The notes under the pieces were generated by a model. The model searched no databases, was not told the DNA's origin, and worked only from the letters and a program-made list of their open reading frames with translations. Below, piece by piece: positions 1-11,215 of a DNA stretch of 64,000 nt; position 1 is the first letter of the stretch; each line of letters starts with the position of its first letter. The stretch is taken from NCBI RefSeq assembly GCF_031769215.1, contig NW_026782138.1:434001-498000 (forward strand), in the 5' to 3' direction. Source of the stretch: Ylistrum balloti. Lineage: Eukaryota. A program made the translations under genes and the position numbers.

Positions 1-1330
1 CAGAACACTTACAGTCTGGGCCATACCTCATACGGAGCAGTCTCCTGAATTCTTTGTAGTTCTCTACCTTACGCAGACCATTCTGCAGACTGTTCCATAT
101 GCGGGACGCCTCGTACCAGAAGGAATTCTTTCCATACCTGGTGGTGTTTACAGTTGGGATGTGTGCCTTACCCTCTGCCCTGAAAGTATACAAAGTTTCT
201 TGTTTAGATATCAGACTGCAAATGTAGTCAGGAGAAATCTTGTTAAAAATTTTTAAAAACTTCACAAGCCATCAACTTCATCCTATTAACATGCAGGAAA
301 GAAGTATTAGCATCTATTAGCAGTATTTTTGAGGTCAGAGGTATCATCATTAAAAACAAAGCGCAAACCCCTTTCTTGCACCTTTTCCATTTTCCTGGTT
401 GCCGAGACGCTGTGGAAATGCCAAACAAGAGGACAGTAATTAAAATTTGACAATACAAAACTCTTGTAAATTAACATTTTAACAGATTTAGATAAGAAAA
501 GTCCAATCCTCTTCAAAACTACTAACTGTTTGGAGACTTGTCTACAAATAAAAGAGATATGTTTATCAAACTTCAATAAAAATCTATCTCAACACCAAAA
601 AGTTTAACGCTATCTTCACAAACTATGGTGGAATTGCCTATTGTGAAGTAATGGAGGGCTTTCTTTCCTTAACATATTGACTGAATTTTTTCTGGGTTCG
701 CTTTCATGTCATTCATTTCAAACCATTCTATCAGTAATGCTGCCTCTCTCTAACACCTCTTTCAGACTTTCAATACTTTTGTTAAAATAGCCCAGAGCGT
801 TATCATCAGCATAATTGTACAAAGTAGCTTCCTTAATACAGTAAAAGATATCATGAATAAATATATTGAAAATAAGCGGCCTAAGGATCAATCCCTGGGG
901 TACCCCTTCGATGAGAGCTATCCACTCACTGGTGTTGCCTCCTATCCTGTTTCCTAGGTAGCTACTCATGAGACTAACAGCCTCAGTTGATACCCCATAA
1001 TATGAGAGCTTCCTGAGCAACAGGTCATGAGGAAGACAGTCGAAGGCCTTGGAAAGATCTATAAGAATGGCCCCAACATAGTTGTGACCATTCAAGGCCT
1101 GTTGCCAGTCCTCCATCATGTGCAGCAGGATGGTCTGGCACCCAAAACCGGTCTTATAGACCACTAGAAGGGATGAAATATGTTGTTAAAAAATGTTGGC
1201 AGCTGATCATGCAGAATTTTTTCAAAAATTTTTGAAATACTAGGAAGTATGCCGACTGGTCTGTTATTACATTCTCGCATCATCCATCTGTATGATGTTT
1301 TATATTTAAATAATGAAATGTTTTCAACGG
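1..1330 (-). mobile_element. Degenerate non-LTR retrotransposon (CR1/L2-like LINE) reverse transcriptase relic, probably within PDHA1 intron 1
   Basis: ORF 718-1164 has the RT motifs DLSKAFDCLPH, GVPQG and YADD. ORF 307-576 has the thumb region (LIYKSFVLSNFNYCPLVWHF..MEKVQERGLRFVF). RPVGILPSISKIFEKI lies near 1200-1265 and a C-terminal YGPDCKCS at the left edge. The frame is broken by frameshifts and stops. Confidence 0.88.
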
Positions 1331-2997
1331 TTTTTATTAGCTGGATATGACTGTCGTATGTTGTATGATATTGTCAATTTCAGGGAAGATACAGACAGTT
1401 TGTGACACATGGGGGATCTGTCAATTATATGAATTACTCTCTCCTGACCAGTCACATCATTAAACGTACAAAGGGTGATCAGACACTTAAAACTCAACAG
1501 GCAATTGGGCCAGATGTAGATCGGAACATGTCAACATTGACCCAAACGAATATAGGAATGAGAAATAAAACGATCTCCCTGATACAACGGATTGTGAGAA
1601 TTTCACACACGTTTATTATCTGGATGTTGTATATGTAAACCTATCTTCTGTTTAAGCCACTACCATTTGTGTTCCTTTATACGCAGTGGTAATGTCACAC
1701 TCTGTTGTTGTTTTACAGTATGTAAGATTTATTTACAAATTATGTATCTGCTTAAATTCGGTTATCTAATGAGACGAAGAAATTGAAATAATCAAGCCAC
1801 ATGAAACCAATTTGTTGGTAACTCAAGAATGCTGTTGTATTGTGCTTCAGTCTGAGAACTGTCAGTATACAGGAAATATTATATACAGCTAATGAGACAT
1901 TTTAAATTTATCAGTAACAGACTTCTGTAGCCTGAGTTATTCTGATGTTCTAAAGTCAATGAATGACATAACTATATCAACCAAAATGGGAGGTCCTTAA
2001 ATTTGACACAACCTTTGAACATATTTATCAGTAATTTGATTATTGCCTGGTATGAATATATTATGAAATTGTCCCAGCTTTAAGATTAAACTGACAAATA
2101 CATGATCATCAAAAAATGTATTAAGTTATTAATAAAGTACAACATTTGTAACCCATTAACAGACAGTATGCCTTAATAAGAATATCACAAATTATCTGTT
2201 AAGATAAGTATATCATAATCCAGCTACATTTGATTCAGCTGTTCTAAAATAGTTCAACATTATATTCACAACTATAAATTTTATATTTTTGTATTGCTCA
2301 ACCAATTTTGCTCTACTCTGATCTCAATAAGATGATGAAATCTTGTGTTATGGTGGAAATATTCTGTGCATTCTGTAGTGCATGTGACTGTGTGTTTTTT
2401 TCTCAATTTTTGAATGATAATTTATTACATTACCGACATTATTCTCTGTTATATTTCCCATATTATGCCTACCAGTGGTATTTTGCAAAATTAGTTTGAC
2501 TTTTATGTTGCTTTGTGTTTAATCTGCTTATGAAATGATTCTGTGATGTAGATGTCATCTTCTGTATCCATCAAAACTAAACCTATGTTTACTCAGTGAC
2601 CAGCACTGTAGAAAAGATAGTAATAGAGATAAATTAATCACTCCTTAAAATATTGAGTCATTAATGGGTTTCTGTAATAGAAAGAACACATAACGAGTAG
2701 GATATCAAACTCATAGTATGGTTAAAGAATCATTATCAGTCTGTATATTACATGCTTTAAATGTGACAAGAGGCACAAATGCAAACTCTCTTTTGATATA
2801 TGTGAAACTGTTGAAACAGATACATAAGTGATGTTCTGGTACCTTTAGAAATGAAATAAAATCCCATAGACATATTGAAAAGTGCTGATTTAACCTCCTG
2901 ATATATAGAGTGTAGATTACTTTCTATTGAAGGGGAAAATAATGATATGATTTCCATGATTGAAAGTTACACAAAATTCTTGTAATTTGTTTTGCAG

Positions 2998-5900
2998 TGG
3001 AAGTGTGGTGCAGCCCTGTGCAATGGCAAATACTCAACAGTTGCTAATTCAACGTTCACAACACAGGTTAGTCTCGCATGTTTTTACAAACCAACCAATC
3101 AACCATGTGACTAACCAACCAACCAACCAACCATTTACAGCAAGCAAAGTTTTTTATAAGTTATAAATCAAACACCTTTTAAGTTTGGGACAATAATTTA
3201 TCAATCTATCTGTAAACAATGAATATTGCATCTCTTCACATTCTGTAAGTAAATCTGAAATACAGAACTATGTATATACCAGTAACATTTTTTGTTAACA
3301 TTAGTATGTTTCATCTATGGGCACAGACCTTCCAAAACAATTGCTACAGGAACATTGCTTTTAACTAATAACTAGTTGTTTACACATCTACAATGATATT
3401 GAACTACTCACCAACTCAATGTTACAGGATTTTGACCTGCACAGACTTGACATGGGTCCCTCTACTGAAGTGTCTGCCAGCAGGGAAGAATGCATCAAGT
3501 TTTACCGAGACATGCAGACCATTAGGAGGATGGAGACAACAGCTGGCAACATGTACAAAGCCAAACAAATCCGTGGCTTTTGTCATCTGTACTCTGGACA
3601 GGTATAAACATATGTCTTTTTACCCTGGACAGATTAAAACCAATTTCACCTCTACCCTGGACTGGTATAAACAAATTTCACATATACCTTGGACAGATAT
3701 AAATAGATTTCAAGTCTACCCTGGACAGATATAAACAAATTTCACCTCAACCTTGGACAGGTATTTAAGCAACTTTTACCTTTATCCTGGAAAGGACTAC
3801 ATATTTTAATTATTATTCTTTTTCTATGTCAGAAGTTACAGCTTGAAATAATGACAGCTGGAATTTACAACAGGAAATGGAAGTAATTCTATTGCATAGT
3901 GCTTACAGCCGCCCACATAACAATCCATTGCGCTATGACACATCAATACTCTTGCCACCAGTAAAGTACCTGTTTTGTTATGAGTTCTGTTTCCAGTAGA
4001 GTACCTGGTTTTTTTCTTTGAGTTGTTGATTATCGTTTTACCCTACCTAAAATGAAGAAATTTGTTACAGGAAGCCTGCTGTGTTGGTATGGAAGCAGCT
4101 ATTACCCCTGATGATGCAGTGATTACAGCATACAGAGCTCACGGCTGGACATACATTCGTGGTGTCCCTATACTGGGAGTTCTGGCCGAGCTCACTGGTA
4201 GGTCATCAAGTATAGGGTAAAGTCTGTATAATTGGCATTCCTCAATTTCTGATCCAGTTGTCTTGTTAACCAGACCAATGTTCCTAGTGACAGCACTCCT
4301 GTTCATGCATATGAAAAATTAGCACAATGATGAATATGTGCATCATAAATGATTGCCATATAAGCAGTGTATAGAAACTGCTATTAGCACAATAATATTT
4401 TAGTGCAATACTTTCAGTGGGAAAAGCACTAGAATCAGATTACCGCTAAAATGTGAACTGTATGTGTTTACAATATTTATAATTGTAACAGTATTACAGC
4501 TGTTTTGCTATCCCTTTACCTTTAGCAGGTTACATACAGATGTAGCTTGAGAATAGCTAGGGAAACTATAGCTTGTTGTTAAATCTTATTGTATGTTATA
4601 TCATTATTTACATTGTAAAAGTGTGGCTTTGGGTAGTTTAATGAATACATTAAAAATCTGATTTATTGGCTGGTAAATGGTGGTCTCTACAGCTAATTGG
4701 GTGTATATGAATCAGTGTAGAGTGCTCCTTTACATTACATACCTGGTATTCTGTTTCATGTCTATTTCTTGAATTCATTTCTTTCTGTTTTTCAGAAATT
4801 TTATTTTAACTTTGTGATTAGTTTGGATTACAGATTAATGATTTGTTCAAATATATTAATTGGTGTATGTCATGTGGAATAATATTATGATTTAGTGCTG
4901 AAAGAGACCTATGCATAAATTGAAGGATTTATTTATTTACTTATTAAAACTTTAGGCCCACAAAGTCTTTTAAAAACACTGTTAAATTGATTGAAATGTT
5001 ATTTCTTGCAATTAACATGTTATCAGTACATGATTCTTAAAATTTCCATTCTTTACTTTATGTTCCAGGCAAGAAATCTGGCTGTTCGTTAGGTAAAGGA
5101 GGTTCAATGCACATGTACAGTAAAAACTTCTACGGAGGGAATGGAATCGTCGGTGCTCAGGTGAGAATACCTGTTGACACAGATTATGTATAAACTTTTA
5201 TTCTTTTCCAAAATGCTGTCATTCCTTTGCAATTATAATCCTTATACTACCATTGTCGATATATGCAAATATGTATGTATATGCAAACTTCCATGATGTT
5301 TGGGTATTTCCAATTCCCCCACTGGTAGTATTGAAGGGAATATAGGTTTTTATCCACCAAACTGTGTAGCATTCCATAGTTGCACTGTCAATAATATAGA
5401 GATAATGTTTTCATTGTTGTCGATCTTGTTTTGAACAAATTACCACATGGGTAGCAAGTGTCAAGTGTAAAATAAAAGTTCCTCATAACCATTACCAGCA
5501 GGTATACCCATAAAAAGCATCTAGGTTCAGGTATTTTTAGTCAGTACAGAGAATTTCTTGTTAATGAGATACTTTTCATGGATGATTAAACTGCCAATTT
5601 CTGTTTCTTAATCATCATTGGATCACTTGTCAAAAGCATTGTCTGTTAAGACTCAAGATTACACCGGTCAAGTATGTTAAATAATACATGTATATGTCAT
5701 TGATAAGAACTTATATATGATTGAGGACAACTGTGTATCTGACTTTTAAGAACAAAATGTCAATTATTAAAATAAACATCAGATGTACAATGTAAGATGT
5801 TGAGGCTCGTGTACTTCCTCCTGGTGTATATTAGAAAAAGCCTGGATAGAAGATGTCTGTAAATCCCAGTCACTAGATTTAGGCTTCCTGTCTGATATAT

Positions 5901-7677
5901 AGGTGCCACTGGGTGCTGGAATTGCCTTGGCCTTGAAGTACTATAAGCCTTGATAATAGAAGTTTGTAAACCCAAGTCTTTAACTTTAGACTAATCTTCC
6001 TGTCTGATATATAGGTGCCACTGGGTGCTGGGATCGCTTTTGCCATGAAGTATCGTAAGCAGAAGAACATATGTGTGACCTTGTATGGAGACGGAGCAGC
6101 CAATCAAGGACAGCTGTTTGAGACATTTAACATGGCGAAGTTGTGGAACCTGCCTTGTGTATTTGTATGTGAGAATAACGGCTATGGCATGGGTACCAGT
6201 GCTGAACGAGCCTCAGCTTGTATTGATTACTACACCCGAGGTGATTATGTACCGGGCATAAAGGTAGGTGTGTTGGTGAGATTAGTGAAAGTCAAGCACT
6301 AAAGAGCCTGTATTCATCTCATCAATATTGTTGTCCTATGACATTTACTAGTAAACAAGGGAAATAACTTTCTGATATAGCCATTACTGTGTATTTGGCT
6401 TCAAGGGAAATAACTCTACTGAACTTATTATTGTTTAAGAAGAGACTAATCTTTTGGTCACGTTTATTAATCCTGATAAGAAATATTGATTTTGTTACCA
6501 TTCAATTTGAACTCCATGTTAACATTTGATTCTTACACAGTCACTGTTGTTTGTAAATACATGTATTGTCATATATTCAATCTGGATACATTACTGATTT
6601 AACCAAAGTAAAATTAAGAGGATGTCGTTTGCAATATATTGAGTTTTTTTTTCTTTTTGTGAAACTCAGTGTGACGGTATGGATGTACTAGCGGTACGCG
6701 AGGCTATGATATTCTGTAAAGACTATGCCCTGAAGAACGGCCCAATCCTTCTGGAAGTAGCCACATATAGATACGGTGGTCACAGTATGAGTGACCCTGG
6801 TACAAGGTCAGTCTTGGGACAGTGTGATTTACGGAAAAGGTTCTGCTCAGACTTTTAAGGATAGTGACAAGAGCTAATTTAGCAAAAAAGAAAAAATTGA
6901 AATTTGATGTTCTGTATTGAATTTAATGAAAGTTTCTCTGTTCATCTTTTTATCTCTTTATCTCATGTAAGCTGTTTTTGACAATCAATACTGGGGCTAA
7001 ATGCAATAAAAGATATGACAAATATAGTCATATGATCATAAGTACACTGTGACAGAATTAGTCACATCATCATAAGCAAGGTATGATAATATGGTCATCT
7101 CTAAAATGTGACAGATGCTCAAGACATAATTATGGACAGATATGGTCATACTATATAAATTTGTCATCACAGCTACCGCAGTCGAGAGGAGGTGAAGAAA
7201 GTACGTGAGAAGAAAGACCCCATCACCACATTCAAGGAAAAGTTACTGTCATCTAATCTGGCTACTGCTGAAGAACTCAAGGTATGTATGTTAACAAATC
7301 CATCATTTAGGTAGGAAGCATATGTATAAATATATATCAGCATAATTTATCTCCATAAGTGATGTTTAAAAATATTCAGATTGTCAGTGCCGAAAAATTT
7401 TCAACACCAGTAAATTAACCTGAGAAACAAATCGGTGTTAAAGACCAAACAAATTAACCATTTGTACAAGGAAACCGATGCCTTGATTTTTTTTGCTCTG
7501 TTGCTTTTACAGAAAATAGATACTGAGGTTCGCAAGGAAGTGGAAGAAGCAGCAGAGATTGCAAAAAGTGACACAGAAATTTCTGCAGATTTTCTGTACA
7601 ATCAGATTTATTACCAACCCCCAGCAGATTATACAGTACGTGGTTGTGATCCTATGACAACTGCACCCTCAAAGTAA
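2998..7677 (+). CDS. PDHA1: Pyruvate dehydrogenase E1 component subunit alpha, mitochondrial (5' partial). Exons: 2998-3066, 3428-3601, 4071-4197, 5069-5160, 6015-6263, 6670-6806, 7173-7281, 7513-7677
   Basis: All introns are GT-AG and phases are consistent. The translation contains [44 protein letters not shown], the ThDP motif [14 protein letters not shown], and the phospho-loop [16 protein letters not shown]; stop TAA at 7675-7677. The start-codon exon was not found. Exon 2998-3066 is less certain than the rest. Confidence 0.97.
3590..3795 (+). repeat. ~32-bp degenerate tandem repeat (about 7 copies) starting at a PDHA1 exon 3' end and donor
   Basis: YTGGACAG(G/A)TATAAA-type cores at about 3594, 3625, 3657, 3689, 3721, 3753 and 3787. 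Confidence 0.85.
5815..6062 (+). repeat. 112-bp local duplication of a PDHA1 acceptor site plus exon start
   Basis: CTTCCTGTCTGATATATAG|GTGCCACTGGGTGCTGG occurs with exon starts at 5903 and 6015; a third degenerate remnant lies near 5815. Confidence 0.9.
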
Positions 7678-8337
7678 CAAGTGGATGATGTAAAACACAA
7701 TCATATCATGATAGGATTTTATGAACTGTTCCAATATTTGTGGGAATATCTGCAAATTTTAGCGTTTGGCTGTAAAATCAGATAGCTGTATAAGAACACT
7801 AAAACTTCACAACTTTTTACTGCATATCTATATACAGTACTCACTGTGACAATGAAATCAAGATGCAATAAGGTAAACAAAGGGAGATAATCATGGGTGA
7901 GTTAAAACGATTGGGAATGCGTTTTGCCACTTATGAAGTTACAAAGTGCTATATGGTGTTGGAATCCTCTATGAATTCCATGGAACTTGTTCTATGTATT
8001 GTAATCTCCTGTGTATATAATGTTCTGTAGGAGGGTGCGATCTAAATGGACATTTAGTGCTGTTTTTGTTTCTGTATTTATTTTGTTATTTGATTGAAAA
8101 CTTTTCAACCCTTGTTTATGTCTGAGATAGAAGAATTTAGGCTATATTTAATGCTTTTTGACTGGGTATACTGTTGTATGTATTGATATACTGTGACTAT
8201 ATCTCGGACTTAAAATTTTGAATGTTAATATGAATTGATACACATGTATGTGATCAGGACATTGCAAAACTGCAGGTGTATTATCAAGTAGATCTCTGAA
8301 GTTCAATGACAAATAAAGGCATTCCATTTCCAGTGAT

Positions 8338-8606
8338 CAGGCCTAGAATTTAACATTTTTGGTCAGTTGCTGCTTCATCCAATATATATCAACATTATAG
8401 AGGAACTGCTTTTTCCAAATATTTACACTTTGAAAATCAAAACTCAAAACAATTTAATTCTGTGAAATGTTAGGAATAGACAGGCACTCACAGTTTGCAT
8501 CTGATGAATCCACTTGCTGAAAAAAGCAAGTCATTAATTTTTCTACTTGCAATTCTTGGATTTCTACTTGCAAATAGCCAGTAAAAAGCCTTAAATTTAA
8601 GGCCTG
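8338..8606. mobile_element. 269-bp MITE-like non-autonomous DNA element with 16-bp TIRs and a 5-bp TSD
   Basis: Left end CAGGCCTAGAATTTAA (8338) matches the reverse complement of the right end TTAAATTTAAGGCCTG (ends 8606) at 14/16. GTGAT flanks both sides (8333-8337, 8607-8611). Confidence 0.7.
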
Positions 8607-9329
8607 GTGATTGATTCAGACACTGGTCTCATGTCTTTGGGGAGGAAGGTAGAAAGGGCTGTCCTTTAGACCTACCGGAATTGAAATGTATGTTATATAG
8701 TATGTATCAGCTAATGAAATATTTGTGTACATGAGATTTTATTGATGATAATGCCCGTCACTAGTTGGGGGTCTGTTCCTGTTTTCCTACTGAATACCTA
8801 CCAACAGTACAATAGGGTACCAGAAGTAAGACTGAGGATATCAGTGTGTGTAATATATTCATTTTACAAAGTTTTAGTCTCCAAATGTATTAAAACAGAA
8901 AGAAGATGTGCAGAATGTTTGTTTTCTTTTCTTTTTATCACACTACAAGACAGTACAGCCTCTGTCCATACACCCATAATGCTTTAAGTGGTTAGCTGAA
9001 CCTACCAGACTTGTAATAAATAATGTTACCTCATTTTCAGTTTTAAGTATGTTGTGATTTCCTTGCATTTAATGCTGCTTTACAGTGTCAAGGTTTCCAT
9101 GAAAACAATGCTCTGGTAGTTATTCTTTTGCTATATCGTATATTTTGAAATGTTTGACAGACATACATGTAAAGAATCTTAAATAAGGTTTTATTTCATA
9201 TGTGATTTTATTTAAAAAGTCTTGGTTTTTATTTTTGCTTGGTGAGAAAAAACTTAAACTTTGAAGTGAGTTTCTAAACTATGCTTTTTCTTTATCACAT
9301 TACTCAGAACAGTTCATGTTTAAAATGAA

Positions 9330-9390
9330 CGTCACACGTGTGGAGGACATGATCAAATGGAGGTAGCCATTTTGTTGCGCCATTTTCAGT
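9330..9390. promoter_or_regulatory. Promoter-like element: two YY1-type GCCATTTT motifs and a CACGTG palindrome
   Basis: AGCCATTTTGTTGCGCCATTTT at about 9365-9387 and CACACGTGTG at about 9334, where CpG density visibly rises. Confidence 0.35.
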
Positions 9391-9637
9391 TGATGACTAA
9401 TACCCCTGTCCGTATTATGATATCGCAATCAATTTCTGGCCAGCGCAAGCCAATATAAAACGTTCTATGGTATATGACACCAGTGACACATGCAAATATA
9501 TCGTATTGACTGGTTTTGTGATAATATTTGTTTACTGACATTAAAGTCTGCTGGATAATCATGCTCGAGTATAATTGTTTTATGCTGTATGATGAGGCAC
9601 TGAACTGAATTATGAAATGATGCCAGCTGACTTTTCT

Positions 9638-9772
9638 TGACGTCAACTTATTAAGACCAAGAGAATGACTATCCTTCTGACGTCAGCTTACTGACATCGC
9701 TGGCGCTGGTGTGTTACCTTGACGTCAGCTTACTGACGTCGCTGGCGCTGGTGTGTTACCTTGACGTCAGTT
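9638..9772. repeat. 42-bp tandem repeat with four perfect TGACGTCA (CRE) palindromes
   Basis: TGACGTCA at 9638, 9678, 9720 and 9762; unit TGACGTCAGCTTACTGACRTCGCTGGCGCTGGTGTGTTACCT. Confidence 0.85.
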
Positions 9773-9989
9773 TCTTCACTTTAGCTGGTCAGACCATGTG
9801 ACACTGTCGCGTTGTCATGACATATAAATCACTAAGGCTGGTGATATCACGTGACGCTCGTATGTTCTCTTGACATCAACTTGTTTACTGAAGCTGTTGA
9901 GATAATATTGAGATACATGGGCGTGAGATTATTTGATTACTTAACCACTGTCGACTTGTACGTGACATTGGCGGCGTATCACTATCGCC

Positions 9990-10305
9990 TAGTGTAATAC
10001 TAATATTTGATCACGTGGGAATAGTAGTGTAATAAATTATCAGATCACGTGAGATTAGTGGTGTAATACTAATATTTGATCATGTGAGATTAGTAGTGTA
10101 ATACCGTTATTTGATCACGTGAGATTAACAGTGTAATAATTATCAGATCACGTGAGATTAGTGGTGTAATACTACTATTTGATCACGTGAGATTAGTAGT
10201 GTAATACCATTATTTGATCACGTGAAATTAGCAGTGTAATAAATTATCAAATAACGTGAGATTAGTGGTGTAATAAATCCATACGACATTATAGATGTAA
10301 TCACG
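9990..10305. repeat. ~34-bp minisatellite (about 8-9 units), GATCACGTGAGATTAGTRGTGTAATACTAATATTT-like
   Basis: Directly visible tandem units. Confidence 0.9.
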
Positions 10306-11215
10306 TGATATAGGAAGTGTAATACTTCAGTTTGCTCTCGTAATATAGGAAGTGTAATACTTCAGTTTGCCGTCGTGGTATAGGAAGTGTAATACTTCAG
10401 TTTGCCGTCGTGGTATAGGAAGTGTAATACTTCAGTTTGCTCCCTTGATATTGGGTGTGTAATACTTCAGTTTGCTCTCGTGATATAGGAAGTGTAATAC
10501 TTCAGTTTGCCGTCGTGGTATAGGAAGTGTAATACTTCAGTTTGCTCTCGTAATATAGGAAGTGTAATACTTCAGTTTGCTCCCGTGATATAGGAAGTGT
10601 AATACTTCAGTTTGCTCTCGTAATATAGGAAGTGTAATACTTCAGTTTGCTCCCGTGATATAGGAAGTGTAATACTTCAGTTTGCTCCCGTGATATAGGA
10701 AGTGTAATACTTAAGTTTGCCGTCGTTGTATAGGAAGTGTAATACTTAAGTTTGCTCCCTTGATATTGGGTGTGTAATACTTCAGTTTGCTCTCGTGATA
10801 TAGGAAGTGTAATACTTCAGTTTGCCGTCGTTGTATAGGAAGTGTAATACTTAAGTTTGCTCCCTTGATATTGGGTGTGTAATACTTCAGTTTGCTCCCG
10901 TGATATAGGAAGTGTAATACTTCAGTTTGCTCCCGTGATATAGGAAGTGTAATAATACTTCAGTTTGCTCTCGTGATATAGAAAGTGTAATACTTCAGTT
11001 TGCCGTCGTTGTATAGGAAGTGTAATACTTAAGTTTGCTCCCTTGATATTGGGTGTGTAATACTTCAGTTTGCTCCTGTGATATAGGAAGTGTAATACTT
11101 CAGTTTGCTCCCGTGATATAGGAAGTGTAATACTTCAGTTTGCTCCCGTGATATAGGAAGTGTAATAATACTTCAGTTTGCTCTCGTGATATAGAAAGTG
11201 TAATACTTCAATTAT
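10300..11215. repeat. 35-bp minisatellite (about 26 units), CGTGATATAGGAAGTGTAATACTTCAGTTTGCTCY
   Basis: Directly visible tandem units with recurring variants (TTGATATTGGGTGTG; GCCGTCG). Confidence 0.97.

Noticed and set aside
6760-6806. [12 protein letters not shown] versus human [12 protein letters not shown] as an altered regulatory loop
   Set aside because: Gly at this position is known in other eukaryotic E1-alpha proteins (e.g. yeast, from memory), and the phosphorylatable serines are intact.
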